Assembly: GCA_035310545.1 (NCBI GenBank)
Contig: DATGEB010000037.1
Span: 5,370-69,369, forward strand
DNA: 64,000 bases
From: Gaiellaceae bacterium
Lineage (GTDB): Bacteria; Actinomycetota; Thermoleophilia; Gaiellales; Gaiellaceae
Direction of reading: 5' to 3'
The notes beneath the pieces are model-generated. The model had not been told where the DNA came from. It ran no database searches and saw only the letters and a program-made list of their open reading frames with translations. A program made the translations under genes and the position numbers. This document shows positions 8,584-19,547 of this stretch, one piece after another. How positions within the stretch are numbered: the first letter of the stretch is position 1; every line of letters begins with the position of its first letter.

Positions 8584-9518
8584 CGCGCTCTGCGCGGGTC
8601 GACGAAGTTCCCCGCGTAGCCCGCCTCGCGCGTGAATCGAAAGACCCAGCGAGGCTCGAGCCGCACCGCCCACCGTCCGTTGCTCGCGCCGAGCTGGGTG
8701 CAGCCGTCGAGGTGCGCGGTCACGAAGACCGGTGCTCGCATCGCGTACTCGAACCGCGCGACGATGAAGGATCCGCGCCAGCTGGAGCCGCAGATCGAGG
8801 GGAGGTACGAGCCTCGGGGCGCGCGCGAGAATCCGTACCGCGCCGCGTCGAACGCCCGCCTCAGGCGCGCGGCCGCGCCGGGGCCGATGCGCTTCGACAT
8901 GTCGAGCCAGCCCCCGTGGTAGGAGCAGCCGACCATGCGCAGGGCGCCCTTCGGCAGGAACGGCTGCGACGCGCGCGGCCGTGACCCGAGCCGGTACGAC
9001 GGCGTCGGGCGTGTCGGGCAGCCCGTCTCGTTCACCTTGACCACTCGCACCGAGGCGAGGATGCGCCGCAGCAACGCGCGCCGCGGGCTGAGGACGCTCA
9101 CCGAGATGCCGCGCCGCGGGAAGACGAGCTGCACCTCTCGGCTCCCGAACACCGTGCCCACGGGCCAGCGGAATGCATGGGCGCCGTCGATCGTGACCGG
9201 CGTCGCGTGCCGCGCGTACCAGCCCCGCGGCTTTCGGAGGATCCCGTTGAACTCGACCACGCTCAATCCGCGCGGCTGGGGAACCAGGCAGTCGAGTATC
9301 CCGTCCTCGTTCCACAGGACAGTGTTCGCCAGCGGCGTCCCGCACGTTCCGCGGCCGAGACGCCAGCGGGCAGGGACCGCGACCTCGACTCCGTGCGTGT
9401 CCACCCGGCGCCACGCCTGACGCGCCGGCGCGCTCCGCACGGCGGAATGGGCGGCAGCGCACGCCGTCAGCGCGAGCGTCAGGACGAGCGCGCCGAGGCA
9501 CTTCGTCATGCCGCTCAT
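8580..9518 (-). CDS. putative lipoprotein, unknown function
   Basis: 312 aa with signal peptide and lipobox MTKCLGALVLTLALTAC. I recognise no domain. Confidence 0.6.
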   Translation of the reverse strand: MSGMTKCLGALVLTLALTACAAAHSAVRSAPARQAWRRVDTHGVEVAVPARWRLGRGTCGTPLANTVLWNEDGILDCLVPQPRGLSVVEFNGILRKPRGWYARHATPVTIDGAHAFRWPVGTVFGSREVQLVFPRRGISVSVLSPRRALLRRILASVRVVKVNETGCPTRPTPSYRLGSRPRASQPFLPKGALRMVGCSYHGGWLDMSKRIGPGAAARLRRAFDAARYGFSRAPRGSYLPSICGSSWRGSFIVARFEYAMRAPVFVTAHLDGCTQLGASNGRWAVRLEPRWVFRFTREAGYAGNFVDPRRAR

Positions 9519-9540
9519 ACGGCGCCGCGGCGCCTGAGCG

Positions 9541-10626
9541 TCACATCACCGCGACGGTACGGATCTCGCCGGCCTCGCCGATGCGCGGCAGGCGCTCGGG
9601 CACCTCGTCGAGCGAGATCGTGCTCGTCACGAAGCGGGCGAGGTCGAGCCGACCGTCGAGCGCGGCTCTCGCGAGGAACGGAAAGTCCTCCCGCGGGATC
9701 GTGTCGCCGCCGTGCGTGACGGCGATCGTCGGCCTGGGCCCGAAGACGTCTGCGTAGAGATCGATGTCGAGCTTCGCACCCGGCGGCGGCATCCCGACGA
9801 GCGTTGCCGTCCCCGCGTAGGCGCACATCCGGATTGCCTGCGCCAGGCCGATGTCCGCGCCGATCGCCGAGAACGCGAACTCCACTCCCCGCCCGCCCGT
9901 CAGCTCGCGGACTGCTTCGACCGGATCGGCGGTTGCAGTGTCGACCACGTCGGTCGCGCCGAGCGCTTGCGCGTGATCGAGCTTGTCCTTCGCAACGTCG
10001 ACGGCAAGGATCCGCTCCGCTCCAGCGAGGCGCGCGCCCTGCACGACGCCGAGCCCGACGCCGCCGCAGCCGATCACGGCAACCGACGAGCCTTCGCGCA
10101 CGGGCGTCGCCCAGAGCGCCGCTCCGACGCCGGTCGAGACGCCGCAGGCCAGCAACGCCGCCTGCTCGGCCGGCAGTTCCTCCGGCACCTTCACCGCACA
10201 TGCCTCGTGGACGACAGCGTGGTCGGCGAGCGTCCCGCAGCGGAGAACCGGCGTCAGCAGGGCGCCGTCGGTCGCGCGGTGCACGCGCCGCTTCGCGCGG
10301 AGCTGGGACGAACAGCGGCGGGGATCGCCGCGCCTGCACTGCGGGCACTCTCCGCACGGCGCGCGCCAGGCGACGACGACGCGATCGCCGGGCTCGACCG
10401 ATGTCACGTCCCTTCCGATCTCCTCGACGACGCCCGCGCCCTCGTGGCCCAGCAGGATCGGAAACCCCATGCCCCAGCCCTTCGTCTCGACGACGTACAG
10501 ATCCGAATGGCACAGCCCACACGCCAGAACGCGGACACGAACGTCGCACGGCCCCGGCGGGTCGACCGTCAGTTCCTCGACGGCGGGCTCGGCTTCGGGC
10601 GAGGCGTAGACGACGCCGCGCGTCAC
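9541..10626 (-). CDS. zinc-dependent alcohol dehydrogenase family protein
   Basis: 361 aa with GLCHSDLY, GHEGAGVVEEIG, CGECPQCRRG and the Rossmann motif VIGCGGVG. Confidence 0.9.
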   Translation of the reverse strand: MTRGVVYASPEAEPAVEELTVDPPGPCDVRVRVLACGLCHSDLYVVETKGWGMGFPILLGHEGAGVVEEIGRDVTSVEPGDRVVVAWRAPCGECPQCRRGDPRRCSSQLRAKRRVHRATDGALLTPVLRCGTLADHAVVHEACAVKVPEELPAEQAALLACGVSTGVGAALWATPVREGSSVAVIGCGGVGLGVVQGARLAGAERILAVDVAKDKLDHAQALGATDVVDTATADPVEAVRELTGGRGVEFAFSAIGADIGLAQAIRMCAYAGTATLVGMPPPGAKLDIDLYADVFGPRPTIAVTHGGDTIPREDFPFLARAALDGRLDLARFVTSTISLDEVPERLPRIGEAGEIRTVAVM

Positions 10627-11513
10627 GAGGCGCGGCGCAGCTGCTCGTCGAGCGGCACGAGCGGCAGCTGGAACGTGTCGACCGCGGCGCTCTCGTCGGT
10701 CACGACGTTGTCGCCGAGCTCGAGCATCGTCAGCTGGTCACGCGTGACCGGTGAGCCCGGTAGCCGCTCGGTGAGCGTCGCCTGGATCCGCATCGCCCCG
10801 AACGGGACGTGCACCGAAGGGCGCCGCACGCCGAGCGCGCGCTTCAGCCGCTCCCAGAACTCGTTCCAGCTCACCGCCTCCGGGCCGCCGAGGTCGAAGG
10901 TGCGGTTCGCAGCGGCCGGCTCGGTGAGCGCCCGCGCGTAGTACTCGGCGAGATCCTCGACCCAGATCGGCTGCAGCCGCTGCGTCCCGGGACCGACGAT
11001 CGGGGTCACGGGAGCGAAGCGCGCAAGCCGGACGAAGGTCGGCAAGACGCCGCCGTCGCGCCCGAAGACGAAGCTGGGCCGGAAGATCACGTGCTCGAGG
11101 CCGGACTCCTTCACCGTGCGCTCCATCTCCCACTTCGCCGCGAAGTACGGCACGGCGTCCTTCGAGCGCTCGTCGAGGCCGAGCGCGCTCGCGAGGACGA
11201 GGCGTCGCACCCCCGCCTCCTGCGCCGCCGCGACGAGGTTCCGCGTCCCCTCGGACATGACGCGCTCGAAATCGGTGGAGCGGCCCTTGATGATCGCGAC
11301 GAGGTGAATGACGGTGTCCACGCCCTCGCACGCAGCGCGCAGGGAGGCCGGATCCGTCACGTCTCCGGTGGCCGGCTCGACGCTCCAGGCGGTGAGGCGC
11401 GAGGCGCGCGCCGGATCGCGCACGAGCGCGCGCACCGGGGTGTCGCTCGCCCGCAGCGCGTGCACGACGTGGGGGCCGATGAAGCCGGTCGCTCCGGTGA
11501 CCAGGACGGTCAT
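10623..11513 (-). CDS. NAD(P)H-binding NmrA/atypical SDR family protein
   Basis: 296 aa with [21 protein letters not shown] overlap with the ADH gene. Confidence 0.85.
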   Translation of the reverse strand: MTVLVTGATGFIGPHVVHALRASDTPVRALVRDPARASRLTAWSVEPATGDVTDPASLRAACEGVDTVIHLVAIIKGRSTDFERVMSEGTRNLVAAAQEAGVRRLVLASALGLDERSKDAVPYFAAKWEMERTVKESGLEHVIFRPSFVFGRDGGVLPTFVRLARFAPVTPIVGPGTQRLQPIWVEDLAEYYARALTEPAAANRTFDLGGPEAVSWNEFWERLKRALGVRRPSVHVPFGAMRIQATLTERLPGSPVTRDQLTMLELGDNVVTDESAAVDTFQLPLVPLDEQLRRAS

Positions 11514-12082
11514 CGGCCCTCCTCGAAGTTCTGCCAGTAGCGGCTCGCCGTGGGGCCGCGCTGGCCCTTGTACTTCGAGCCGATCGAGCTCGAGCCGTAG
11601 GGCGTCGCGGCGGGCTCCGTCATCTGCATGAAGGAGATCTGCCCGATCTTCATGCCGGGATAGATCGTGATCGGCAGGTTGGCGACGTTCGAGAGCTCGA
11701 GCGTCACATGCCCGTCCCAGCCCGGATCGATGAAGCCCGCTGTCGAATGGATGAGGAGGCCGAGCCGCCCGAGGCTCGACTTGCCCTCCAGGCGTGCGAC
11801 GAGGTCGTCGGGCAGCCGAATGCGCTCGAGCGTCGAACCGAGCACGAACTCCCCCGGGTGCAGCACGAACGGGTGCGAGTCGTCGACCTCCACGAGCTCG
11901 GTCAGCTCCGCCTGCTCGACCTTGACGTCGATGAACGGGTAGCGGTTGTTGTGGAAGACGCGGAAGAGCCGGTCGACGCGGACATCGACGCTCGACGGCT
12001 GCAGGAGCGCGTCGTCATACGGGTCGATCTCGATCCTCCCCTCGGCGAGCAGGCGGGCGATCGTCGCGTCGGAGAGGACCAT
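11510..12082 (-). CDS. dcd: dCTP deaminase
   Basis: Starts at internal ATG 12082 ([11 protein letters not shown]...). Contains [21 protein letters not shown] and [11 protein letters not shown]. The upstream 24 codons of the track ORF are not needed. Confidence 0.9.
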   Translation of the reverse strand: MVLSDATIARLLAEGRIEIDPYDDALLQPSSVDVRVDRLFRVFHNNRYPFIDVKVEQAELTELVEVDDSHPFVLHPGEFVLGSTLERIRLPDDLVARLEGKSSLGRLGLLIHSTAGFIDPGWDGHVTLELSNVANLPITIYPGMKIGQISFMQMTEPAATPYGSSSIGSKYKGQRGPTASRYWQNFEEGR

Positions 12083-12135
12083 CCTGCCGATTCTTACCCT
12101 GATTCCCCGTCGGGCGCAGCGGATATCGTGATCCC

Positions 12136-13458
12136 GTGGCCGTGACGCGCGCAATCGAGCTTCGGACCGAGATCCCGGGTCCGCGTTCCCGCGAGATCAC
12201 CGAGCGGAAGGAGCGCGTCGTCGCCGATCCGCTCGGCCTCTACCTCCCGATCGTGATCGCGGAGGGCAGCGGCGCGGTCGTCACCGACGTCGACGGCAAC
12301 AGCTTTGTCGACTTCACGGGCGGCGTGGGGTGCCTCAACGTCGGGCATGCCCACCCGCGCGTCGTGTCGGCAGTGCAGGAGCAGGCTGCGCGTTTCTTCC
12401 ACACCGACTTCACGATCGTCCCGTATGAGGTCTACGTCGAGTACGCCGAGCGGCTGACCGCGATCGCCCCGTTCTCGGGGCCGTCGAAGGCCGCGTTCTT
12501 CAACGCCGGCACCGAGGCCGTCGAGAATGCCGTCAAGTTCGCGCGCGGCTACACGCGCCGGCCGGCGGTGATCGGATTCGAGGGCGGGTTCCACGGCCGC
12601 ACGCTCCTCTCGCTCACGCTGACGTCCAAGACGCACCCGTACAAGGCGGGGCTCGGGCCGTTCGCGCCCGAGGTCTACCGTGTCCCGTTCCCGTACGAAT
12701 ATCGGGGAATCACGTCACGCGACGCGCTCGATGCGCTCGAGCGCGCGCTCTCGACCCAGGTCGCAGCCGAGACCGTGGCCGCGATCGTCATCGAGCCGGT
12801 GCAGGGCGAGGGAGGCTTCGTTCCGGCGCCGCCGGAGTACATGGAGGGGCTCCGAGCGATCTGCGACCGCGAGGGAATCCTCCTCGTCGTCGACGAGGTG
12901 CAGACCGGCTTCGAGCGCACCGGGCGCATGTTCGCCATCGAGCACTACGACGTCGAGCCCGACCTCATCACGGTGGCGAAGTCGATGGCAGCCGGCCTGC
13001 CGCTGTCGGGCGTCGTCGGCAAGTCGGAGATCATGGACTCGCTCTGGGACAACGCCGTCGGCGGCACCTACGTCGGCAACCCCGTCGCGCTGGCGGCGGC
13101 CGTCGCCGTCCTCGACGCGTTCGTCGAGGAGGGGCTCGTCGAGCGTGCGCAGCGGATCGGCGAGATTGCCCGGGCTCGCATGCTCGGCTGGCAGGAGCGC
13201 TTCGCGGCGATCGGCGACGTCCGCGGCGTCGGCGCGATGCTCGCCGTCGAGTACGTCGAAGACCGCGCGACCAAGGAGCCTGCGCCGGGAATCGCATCGC
13301 GAGTCGCCGAGGAGGCTGCACTCCGCGGTCTCTTGCTCCTCAAGGCGGGCGTTCACTCGAACTGCAACCGGGTCCTCTGCCCGCTCGTGATCACGGACGC
13401 CGAGCTCGACGAGGGGCTCGCGGCGTGGGAGGAGGCGCTGGACGCGGTTCTTGCGTAG
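12136..13458 (+). CDS. gabT: 4-aminobutyrate aminotransferase (class III PLP)
   Basis: 440 aa with [19 protein letters not shown]...[15 protein letters not shown]. Confidence 0.9.
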   Translation: MAVTRAIELRTEIPGPRSREITERKERVVADPLGLYLPIVIAEGSGAVVTDVDGNSFVDFTGGVGCLNVGHAHPRVVSAVQEQAARFFHTDFTIVPYEVYVEYAERLTAIAPFSGPSKAAFFNAGTEAVENAVKFARGYTRRPAVIGFEGGFHGRTLLSLTLTSKTHPYKAGLGPFAPEVYRVPFPYEYRGITSRDALDALERALSTQVAAETVAAIVIEPVQGEGGFVPAPPEYMEGLRAICDREGILLVVDEVQTGFERTGRMFAIEHYDVEPDLITVAKSMAAGLPLSGVVGKSEIMDSLWDNAVGGTYVGNPVALAAAVAVLDAFVEEGLVERAQRIGEIARARMLGWQERFAAIGDVRGVGAMLAVEYVEDRATKEPAPGIASRVAEEAALRGLLLLKAGVHSNCNRVLCPLVITDAELDEGLAAWEEALDAVLA

Positions 13459-13488
13459 CCGCGGCCGTCCCTCGCGCGTTGTAGCGAT

Positions 13489-15021
13489 GTGCCGGGAGCC
13501 AGTTCGACCAGCCGTCCCGTGTCGCGACCTCCACAGCCCGGCGATCTGATCGCCGACAGATACGAGCTCGAGGAGCTCGTGGGGAGCGGCGGGATGTCGG
13601 ACGTCTTTCGCGCGCGCGACACGCAGCTCGACCGGCGGATCGCGATCAAGATCCTCCACCGCCGGCTCGCCGGCGACCCGGAGTACCTCGAGCGGTTTCG
13701 CCGCGAGGCCCGCGCCGTTGCCCGGCTCTCGCACCCCAACATCGTCACGGTCATCGACCGCGGGGAGGACGACGGACAGCAGTTCATCGTCTTCGAGCAC
13801 GTCGACGGCGAGAACCTGAAGGAGTTCGTCCAGCGTTCGGGCCGGTTGCCGGTGCGGCGGGCCCTCGAGCTCACGCTCGCGGTCGCGGATGGGCTCGCGT
13901 TCGCGCATCGGCAGGGCCTCGTCCACCGCGACGTGAAACCGCAGAACGTCCTCCTCAGCCGCGAGGGCGAGGTGAAGGTGACCGACTTCGGGATTGCGCG
14001 GTCGCTCGAGGTCGAGCACGGAGTCACGCAGACCGGGACCGTTCTCGGCACCGGCGAGTACCTGGCCCCGGAGCAGGCGAGCGGCAAGCCGGTCTCACCG
14101 GCGACCGACGTCTACTCCCTCGGCGTCGTGCTCTGGGAGATGCTCGCGGGCGAGGTTCCGTTCGACGGAGAGAACTTCGTCGCGGTCGCGCTGCGGCATG
14201 TGAACGAGCCGCTGCCGGACCTGCGCGAGGTTCGGCCCGACGTGTCGCCGCGACTCGCGGCCGTCGTCGACCGCGCGCTGGCGAAGGATCCGGCGCATCG
14301 CTTCCCGTCGATGGTCGCGCTGGCTCAGGAGTTGCGTGCCTGCCTCGCCGAAGCGGAGGGCGAAGCGGTCCCGCCGCCGTTCGAGGACGATGCTGCGCGG
14401 ACGCTCGTCACCCGGCCTGCTCCGGCTCCCGTCCCGCACGTCAGGCGCCGACGACGCTCCCGTCGCCAACCCCTGGCCTGGGCGCTCATCGCGCTCGCGG
14501 TCGCCGGCGCGGCGTTCGCGTCGGTCGTCCTGCTCGGCGGCGCGAGCCACCGCAGGGGCGGTCCGGGCGGTGGTGGCGGCGGCGGCGGTTCGGCGGTGCA
14601 GCTTCGCGGCATCACCGACTACGACCCCCAGGGCGACGGAGGCGAGCTGTCCTCCACCGCGCCGCGCGCCACCGACGGCTCTCAGTCGACGTACTGGGCG
14701 ACCGAGACCTACAACACACAGGATTGGGGGAGGCTCAAGAACGGCCTGGGGCTCGTTCTCGATGCCGGCCGTTCCGTCAAGCTCTCGCAGCTGACGGTGA
14801 CGACACCCACCTTCGGATCCGGGTTCACGGCGCGGGTCGAGGTCGGCGCCTCGCAGGCCGGCCCCTTCACGGTCGACTCCGCCACGACGACGGTGGGAGC
14901 AAAGACCACGTTCTCGCTGCAGGGAAAGAGTGGCCGGTACTGGGTCGTCTGGCTGACACTCCTCGGCCCGGACAGGACGGCTCGGATCTCCGAGGTCACC
15001 GCGACGAGCAACCACTCTTAG
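13489..15021 (+). CDS. Ser/Thr protein kinase with TM helix and extracytoplasmic discoidin-like C-terminal domain
   Basis: 510 aa with HRDVKPQNVLL, DFGIAR, GTGEYLAPEQ; one TM (LAWALIALAVAGAAFASVVLL); a Gly run; C-terminal STYWATETYN... domain. Confidence 0.85.
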   Translation: MPGASSTSRPVSRPPQPGDLIADRYELEELVGSGGMSDVFRARDTQLDRRIAIKILHRRLAGDPEYLERFRREARAVARLSHPNIVTVIDRGEDDGQQFIVFEHVDGENLKEFVQRSGRLPVRRALELTLAVADGLAFAHRQGLVHRDVKPQNVLLSREGEVKVTDFGIARSLEVEHGVTQTGTVLGTGEYLAPEQASGKPVSPATDVYSLGVVLWEMLAGEVPFDGENFVAVALRHVNEPLPDLREVRPDVSPRLAAVVDRALAKDPAHRFPSMVALAQELRACLAEAEGEAVPPPFEDDAARTLVTRPAPAPVPHVRRRRRSRRQPLAWALIALAVAGAAFASVVLLGGASHRRGGPGGGGGGGGSAVQLRGITDYDPQGDGGELSSTAPRATDGSQSTYWATETYNTQDWGRLKNGLGLVLDAGRSVKLSQLTVTTPTFGSGFTARVEVGASQAGPFTVDSATTTVGAKTTFSLQGKSGRYWVVWLTLLGPDRTARISEVTATSNHS

Positions 15022-16058
15022 TACTCGAGCTTCGAGCGGCGCTCGTGCCGCTCGAGCGCGAGCTCGATCAGGCGGTCGAGCGCGTCTGCGTAGCTCAGGC
15101 CGGACGCCTCGAACAGCCGAGCCCAGACGCTCGTGGCGGTGAAGCCGGGCATCGTGTTGAGCTCGTTGAGGACGACCTCGCCGTCGGTCGCCCGCACGAA
15201 GAAGTCGACGCGCGCGAGGCCTTCGCACTCGCCCGCGACGAACGACTCGACCGCACGTCGCTGCAGCAGCTCGATCGTCTCCTGCGACAGGCCGGGCGGC
15301 GGCACGACGAGCTCCATCCCGCCCTCGTCGTACTTCGACGCGTAGTCGTACCACTCGTGCTCGAGCGTGTCGATCTGGCCGGGAAGGGAGGCGACGGGCG
15401 GCGGCACGCGGTTGCCGAGCACGCCGACCTCGACCTCCGTCCCCTCGACGAACTCCTCGACCAGCACCTTCTCGTCGTGGCGGAAGGCGAGCTCGACGGC
15501 CGCCGTGAGCTCGTCCTCGCCGTGTACCTTCGAGATGCCGACCGACGAGCCGAGCCGTGCGGGCTTGACGAACACGGGATAGCCGAACGGGTTCTCGACC
15601 GCGTCGCCGAGGCGGATCGCATGGTGCGGCGCGACCGGAATCCCGCTGTCGCGCATCACCTTCTTGAACAGATCCTTGTCCATCGCGAGCGCGGAGGCGG
15701 CGACGCCGGCGCCGACGTAGGGGACGTCGGCGAGCTCGAGCAGCCCTTGCACGGTGCCGTCCTCGCCGAACGGGCCGTGCAGGATCGGCAGGACGACGTC
15801 GACCGCGCCGAGCGCCTCGAGCGTTCCGGACTTGGCCGGAACCGGCAACGTCTCCGCCGGGCCGCGACCCAGCTCGCGCGGCGCCTCCCCGGCCTCCAGA
15901 GCCCAGCGCCCGTCCCGGCCGATCGCGACCTCGACCACGTCGAACCGCTCCGGATCGAGGGCTCCGACGACCGACCGCCCGGACGCGAGAGAGATGTCGT
16001 GCTCGCTCGACCGGCCGCCCGCGAGGACGGCCACGCGGAGACGGCGAGGCCGGTTCAC
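15018..16058 (-). CDS. ddl: D-alanine--D-alanine ligase
   Basis: Last 346 codons of track ORF 15018..16964 (RVAVLAGGRSSEHDISLASG...ELNTMPGFT). GTG 16058 overlaps the pknB stop (GTGA). The upstream 302 aa are Arg/Gly-rich shadow. Confidence 0.9.
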   Translation of the reverse strand: MNRPRRLRVAVLAGGRSSEHDISLASGRSVVGALDPERFDVVEVAIGRDGRWALEAGEAPRELGRGPAETLPVPAKSGTLEALGAVDVVLPILHGPFGEDGTVQGLLELADVPYVGAGVAASALAMDKDLFKKVMRDSGIPVAPHHAIRLGDAVENPFGYPVFVKPARLGSSVGISKVHGEDELTAAVELAFRHDEKVLVEEFVEGTEVEVGVLGNRVPPPVASLPGQIDTLEHEWYDYASKYDEGGMELVVPPPGLSQETIELLQRRAVESFVAGECEGLARVDFFVRATDGEVVLNELNTMPGFTATSVWARLFEASGLSYADALDRLIELALERHERRSKLEY

Positions 16059-17992
16059 CCCGTGGTCGTGGGGGGCGGCGGCCCGGCCGAGTACTGGCCG
16101 ACCGTGATCGTCACCGTCGAGCCCTTCGGCGCCTGCGCGTTGCCGGCCGGGTTCTGCGCCAGGACGACGCCGTCCTCGCTCTGGTCGCTCACGCTCTGAT
16201 ACTGCTGGACGACCTTGAAGCCCTCTCCCTGAAGGGTTTGCACCGCCTGCGTGGCGGAGTAGCCGACGACGTCGGTGATGGTCACCTGCGGCGGCCCGTT
16301 CGAGACCTGGAGGTCGACGGTCGAGCCCTTCGGCACGGACGAGCCCGGCGCGGGATTCTGGTGGATGACCTGGCCCTGCGGCGCGTCGCTGTTGACGTAG
16401 GTCGGGTTGCCGTTGAATCCGTCCGCGTGGAGGTTCGCCAGAGCCGTGCTGATGTTCTCCCCGACGACGTTCGGGACGCTCACCTGCTGCGGACCGCTCA
16501 TGACGTTGACGCGAATCGTCGTCCCCTTGGGGACGGACTTGCCCGCCGGCGGATTCGTCGCGGTGACCAGCCCCTTCGTGTTCCCGGGGACGATGTGCTC
16601 CACCGGCTTCAGGCCGGCGGTTGTGAGCGCCTGTTGCGCATCGGGCCACTGCTTGCCCTTGACGTCCGGCACGCTCACGGGTGGCGGGCCGGTCGAGACG
16701 TAGATCGTGACCGTGCCGCCCTTGTCGACCTTCGAGCCCGGGTCGGGGCTCTGGTTGTAGACGAAGCCCTTCTTGTACTTCTCGTTCGACCCGTGCTTCA
16801 CGTCGGCCACGAGGTGCGCCGCCTTGATCTGCTGCACGGCTTGCGCAACGCGCTCGCCCTGGTAGAGGGCGACCGGCTCCTTCACGGTCGAGCTCGAGAG
16901 CTCGTGGTAGACGAAGAAGCCTGCGATTGCGGCTGCGATGACGAACGCTGCGGCGAGGAGCCACGGCCAGAACGACCGCTCCGGGCCGCCCGGCTCGGCG
17001 TACTCCTCCTCCAGCACGACCGGCAGCGGAACGTCGCGGGTGCGCGACGTTGCCGGCGTCAGCGGGGCGATCATCGTGGCGGACGTCGGATCCGCCGCCG
17101 GAGCTCCGGCCGGCGGAACGCGCATAACCTGCGTCGCCGCGGTGGCCGCCGAGACCGGCGCGCCGCGCGCGACGCGCTCGAGGTCGGCCTCCATCTCGTC
17201 GGCGCTCTGGTAGCGATCGTTCGGATCCTTGGCGAGCGCGCGCAGCACGACCTTGTCGAGCGCCGGAGGAACGTCGGGCCGCAGCTTCGAGGGCGGCTCG
17301 GGCGCGGTCGAGAGGTGCTTCATCGCGATCTCGACCGGCGTCTCGCCGTCGAACGGCGTCTTGCCGGTCAGGAGCTCGTAGAGGACGACGCCGAGCGAGT
17401 AGAGATCCGAGCGCGGATCGACCTCGCCGCCGCGCGCCTGCTCCGGCGAGAGGTACTGCGCGGTTCCCACGATCGAGCCCGTCTCGGTCATCTGGCTCGT
17501 GCCGGCGCGCGCGATCCCGAAGTCCGTCACCTTCACGCGCCCCTCGCCGTCGACGAGGACGTTGTGCGGCTTGATGTCGCGGTGCACGATCCCGTGCCGG
17601 TGCGCGAACCGGAGCGCGGAGAGGATCTGGCGCGCGTACTCGATCGCGACGTTCACCGGCGCGGCGCCGCGGCTGACGATCAGCTCCTTCAGCGTGCGGC
17701 CGTCGAGGTACTCCATCGCGATGTAGTAGGTGTCCTCGGCCTCGCCGCGGTCGTAGATCGAGACGATGTTCGGGTGGTTCAGCGCGGCCGCGTTCTTCGC
17801 CTCGCGGCGGAAGCGCTCGATGAACTGGTCGTCGTTCGCGTGGCGGCCGTTGAGGATCTTGATCGCGACCCGGCGGCCGAGCTCCTGGTCTTCCGCGAGG
17901 TAGACGTCGGCCATTCCGCCCGCGCCGAGCTTGCGCTGGATGCGGTAGCGCCCGTCGAAGAGGGTGTCGATGAGGGAGTCGCTTACCGCCAC
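16055..17992 (-). CDS. pknB: Ser/Thr protein kinase PknB with four PASTA repeats
   Basis: 645 aa with HRDIKPHNVLV, DFGIAR, a TM helix, then four PASTA-like repeats (VPDVKGKQ..., VPNVVGEN..., ITDVVGYS...). Confidence 0.95.
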   Translation of the reverse strand: MAVSDSLIDTLFDGRYRIQRKLGAGGMADVYLAEDQELGRRVAIKILNGRHANDDQFIERFRREAKNAAALNHPNIVSIYDRGEAEDTYYIAMEYLDGRTLKELIVSRGAAPVNVAIEYARQILSALRFAHRHGIVHRDIKPHNVLVDGEGRVKVTDFGIARAGTSQMTETGSIVGTAQYLSPEQARGGEVDPRSDLYSLGVVLYELLTGKTPFDGETPVEIAMKHLSTAPEPPSKLRPDVPPALDKVVLRALAKDPNDRYQSADEMEADLERVARGAPVSAATAATQVMRVPPAGAPAADPTSATMIAPLTPATSRTRDVPLPVVLEEEYAEPGGPERSFWPWLLAAAFVIAAAIAGFFVYHELSSSTVKEPVALYQGERVAQAVQQIKAAHLVADVKHGSNEKYKKGFVYNQSPDPGSKVDKGGTVTIYVSTGPPPVSVPDVKGKQWPDAQQALTTAGLKPVEHIVPGNTKGLVTATNPPAGKSVPKGTTIRVNVMSGPQQVSVPNVVGENISTALANLHADGFNGNPTYVNSDAPQGQVIHQNPAPGSSVPKGSTVDLQVSNGPPQVTITDVVGYSATQAVQTLQGEGFKVVQQYQSVSDQSEDGVVLAQNPAGNAQAPKGSTVTITVGQYSAGPPPPTTTG

Positions 17993-18059
17993 GGCCGGCT
18001 AAAGGGTAGAGACAAGCTCACGGAACCAGTGATTTCGGCGGCTTCGGGGGAAATCATCG

Positions 18060-19547
18060 TCAGCCTCCCATGAGCTTCTCGAGGATCGCTTTCGCGATCG
18101 GAGCCGACACGGAGGCGCCGAAGCCGTTCGGCTGCTTCTCGACGACCACGGAGACCACGAAGCGCGGGTTGTCCGCCGGAGCGAAGCAGACGAACCAGGC
18201 GTCGTACACGTTGCCGAGCCCGATCTCGGCCGTTCCGGTCTTGCCGGCAACGTGGAGGCTCGGGGGGAACCCGACAGCCGCAGCCGTGCCGCCCTCGACG
18301 ACGAGCTGCATCATCTGGTTCAGCTCGGCCGCGGTCGTGGGCTTGATCACGCGGCCGAGCATCTGCGGGGTCGTCTTCGCGACGGTGGAGCCGTCCGGGG
18401 CGACGATCTTCTGCACGAGGTACGGCTTCGGCTCCACTCCCCTGTCGGCGATCGTCGCTGCGACGAGCGCCATCTGAAGCGGGGTGGCGAGCATGTTGAA
18501 CTGCCCGAACGCGAGGCGGCCAGGGTCGATCTGGTAGCTGTTCTTCGGAGTCCAGAGCCTCCCGTTCTTGTAGAGGCCGGACGGGGACAGCACGCTCGGC
18601 GGGAGATCGAGCGGCGGCTGTGAGTAGAAGCCGAACCGCTTCGCGTACTTGAGGATCTCCTCGCCTCCGATGTGCTTCCCGACCTTGCAGAAGACCGAGT
18701 TGATGGAGTGCTCGAAGCCCTGGGCGAGCGTGACGTTGCCGTACGCTTCCGGCCCGCTCTGATCCGGGTTTCCGGCGTTCGAGATGCGCCGGCCGTACTC
18801 GATGCAGTAACCGGGATCGTGGAACGGCGAGCTCGGCGTATAGGCGCCCGAGTCGAGCGCGGCGGAGGCGGTCACCATCTTGAAGGTCGAGCCCGGTGGG
18901 TAGAGGCCCTGGGTTGCGTTGTTGTACAGAGCCGAGGCGTCGCCGCAGGCGCCCTTGATCTTGCTGATCTTCGCGTAGCCCTTGGGCTGCTCGATCAGGT
19001 TCGCGTTGTACGTGGGCGACGAGGCCATGGCGAGCACTGCGCCGGTCTTCGCGTCGAGGGCGACGACCGCGCCGCAGCGTCCCGCGAGCTGCTGGAGAGC
19101 GAGCCTTTGCACGGCCGGCCGCAGCGTGAGGATGACGTTGTCGCCGTGCACCGTCTGTCCGCCGAGCGTGCGGAGCTCCGCGTTGAACGTGTTCGTGAGG
19201 TTCGTGTTGGCGCCGGTCAGGTAGTCGTCGAGCGACTGCTCGAGCCCGGTCGTCGTGCCGGCCTCCGTCGCGTAGCCGATCACCTGCGGCGCGAGGTCGT
19301 TGGTCGGGTAGCGCCGCGTGAAGATCGTCAGGCCGTGCCTCCGGTACCTGCGGCTCGTCGCAAGTACCTGGCCGCCGGCGAGGATCTCGCCGCGGTCGAC
19401 CGTGAGCAGCGTGATGAGCTGGATCGAGTTGTCCTGCCGGTCCGCGAGGTCGCCGACCGCCCACGTCTGCCAGTACGTCGTCGAGACGATCAGCGTCGCG
19501 AGCAGGACGAGCGCGGCGACGGAGACGTGCAGGAGCTGCTTGTTCAC
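18060..19547 (-). CDS. pbpA: penicillin-binding protein A (class B transpeptidase)
   Basis: 495 aa with the STFK (PPGSTFKMV), SxN (HSINSVF) and KTG (GKTGTAE) motifs. Confidence 0.9.
   Translation of the reverse strand: MNKQLLHVSVAALVLLATLIVSTTYWQTWAVGDLADRQDNSIQLITLLTVDRGEILAGGQVLATSRRYRRHGLTIFTRRYPTNDLAPQVIGYATEAGTTTGLEQSLDDYLTGANTNLTNTFNAELRTLGGQTVHGDNVILTLRPAVQRLALQQLAGRCGAVVALDAKTGAVLAMASSPTYNANLIEQPKGYAKISKIKGACGDASALYNNATQGLYPPGSTFKMVTASAALDSGAYTPSSPFHDPGYCIEYGRRISNAGNPDQSGPEAYGNVTLAQGFEHSINSVFCKVGKHIGGEEILKYAKRFGFYSQPPLDLPPSVLSPSGLYKNGRLWTPKNSYQIDPGRLAFGQFNMLATPLQMALVAATIADRGVEPKPYLVQKIVAPDGSTVAKTTPQMLGRVIKPTTAAELNQMMQLVVEGGTAAAVGFPPSLHVAGKTGTAEIGLGNVYDAWFVCFAPADNPRFVVSVVVEKQPNGFGASVSAPIAKAILEKLMGG

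Noticed and set aside
14561-14600. GGC/GGT-rich simple repeat, and GCGATC tandem repeats at about 24900-24930 and 25920-25960
   Set aside because: These lie inside supported CDS and encode a Gly linker and Ala-Ile TM segments. They are coding low complexity, not CRISPR or VNTR-type features.
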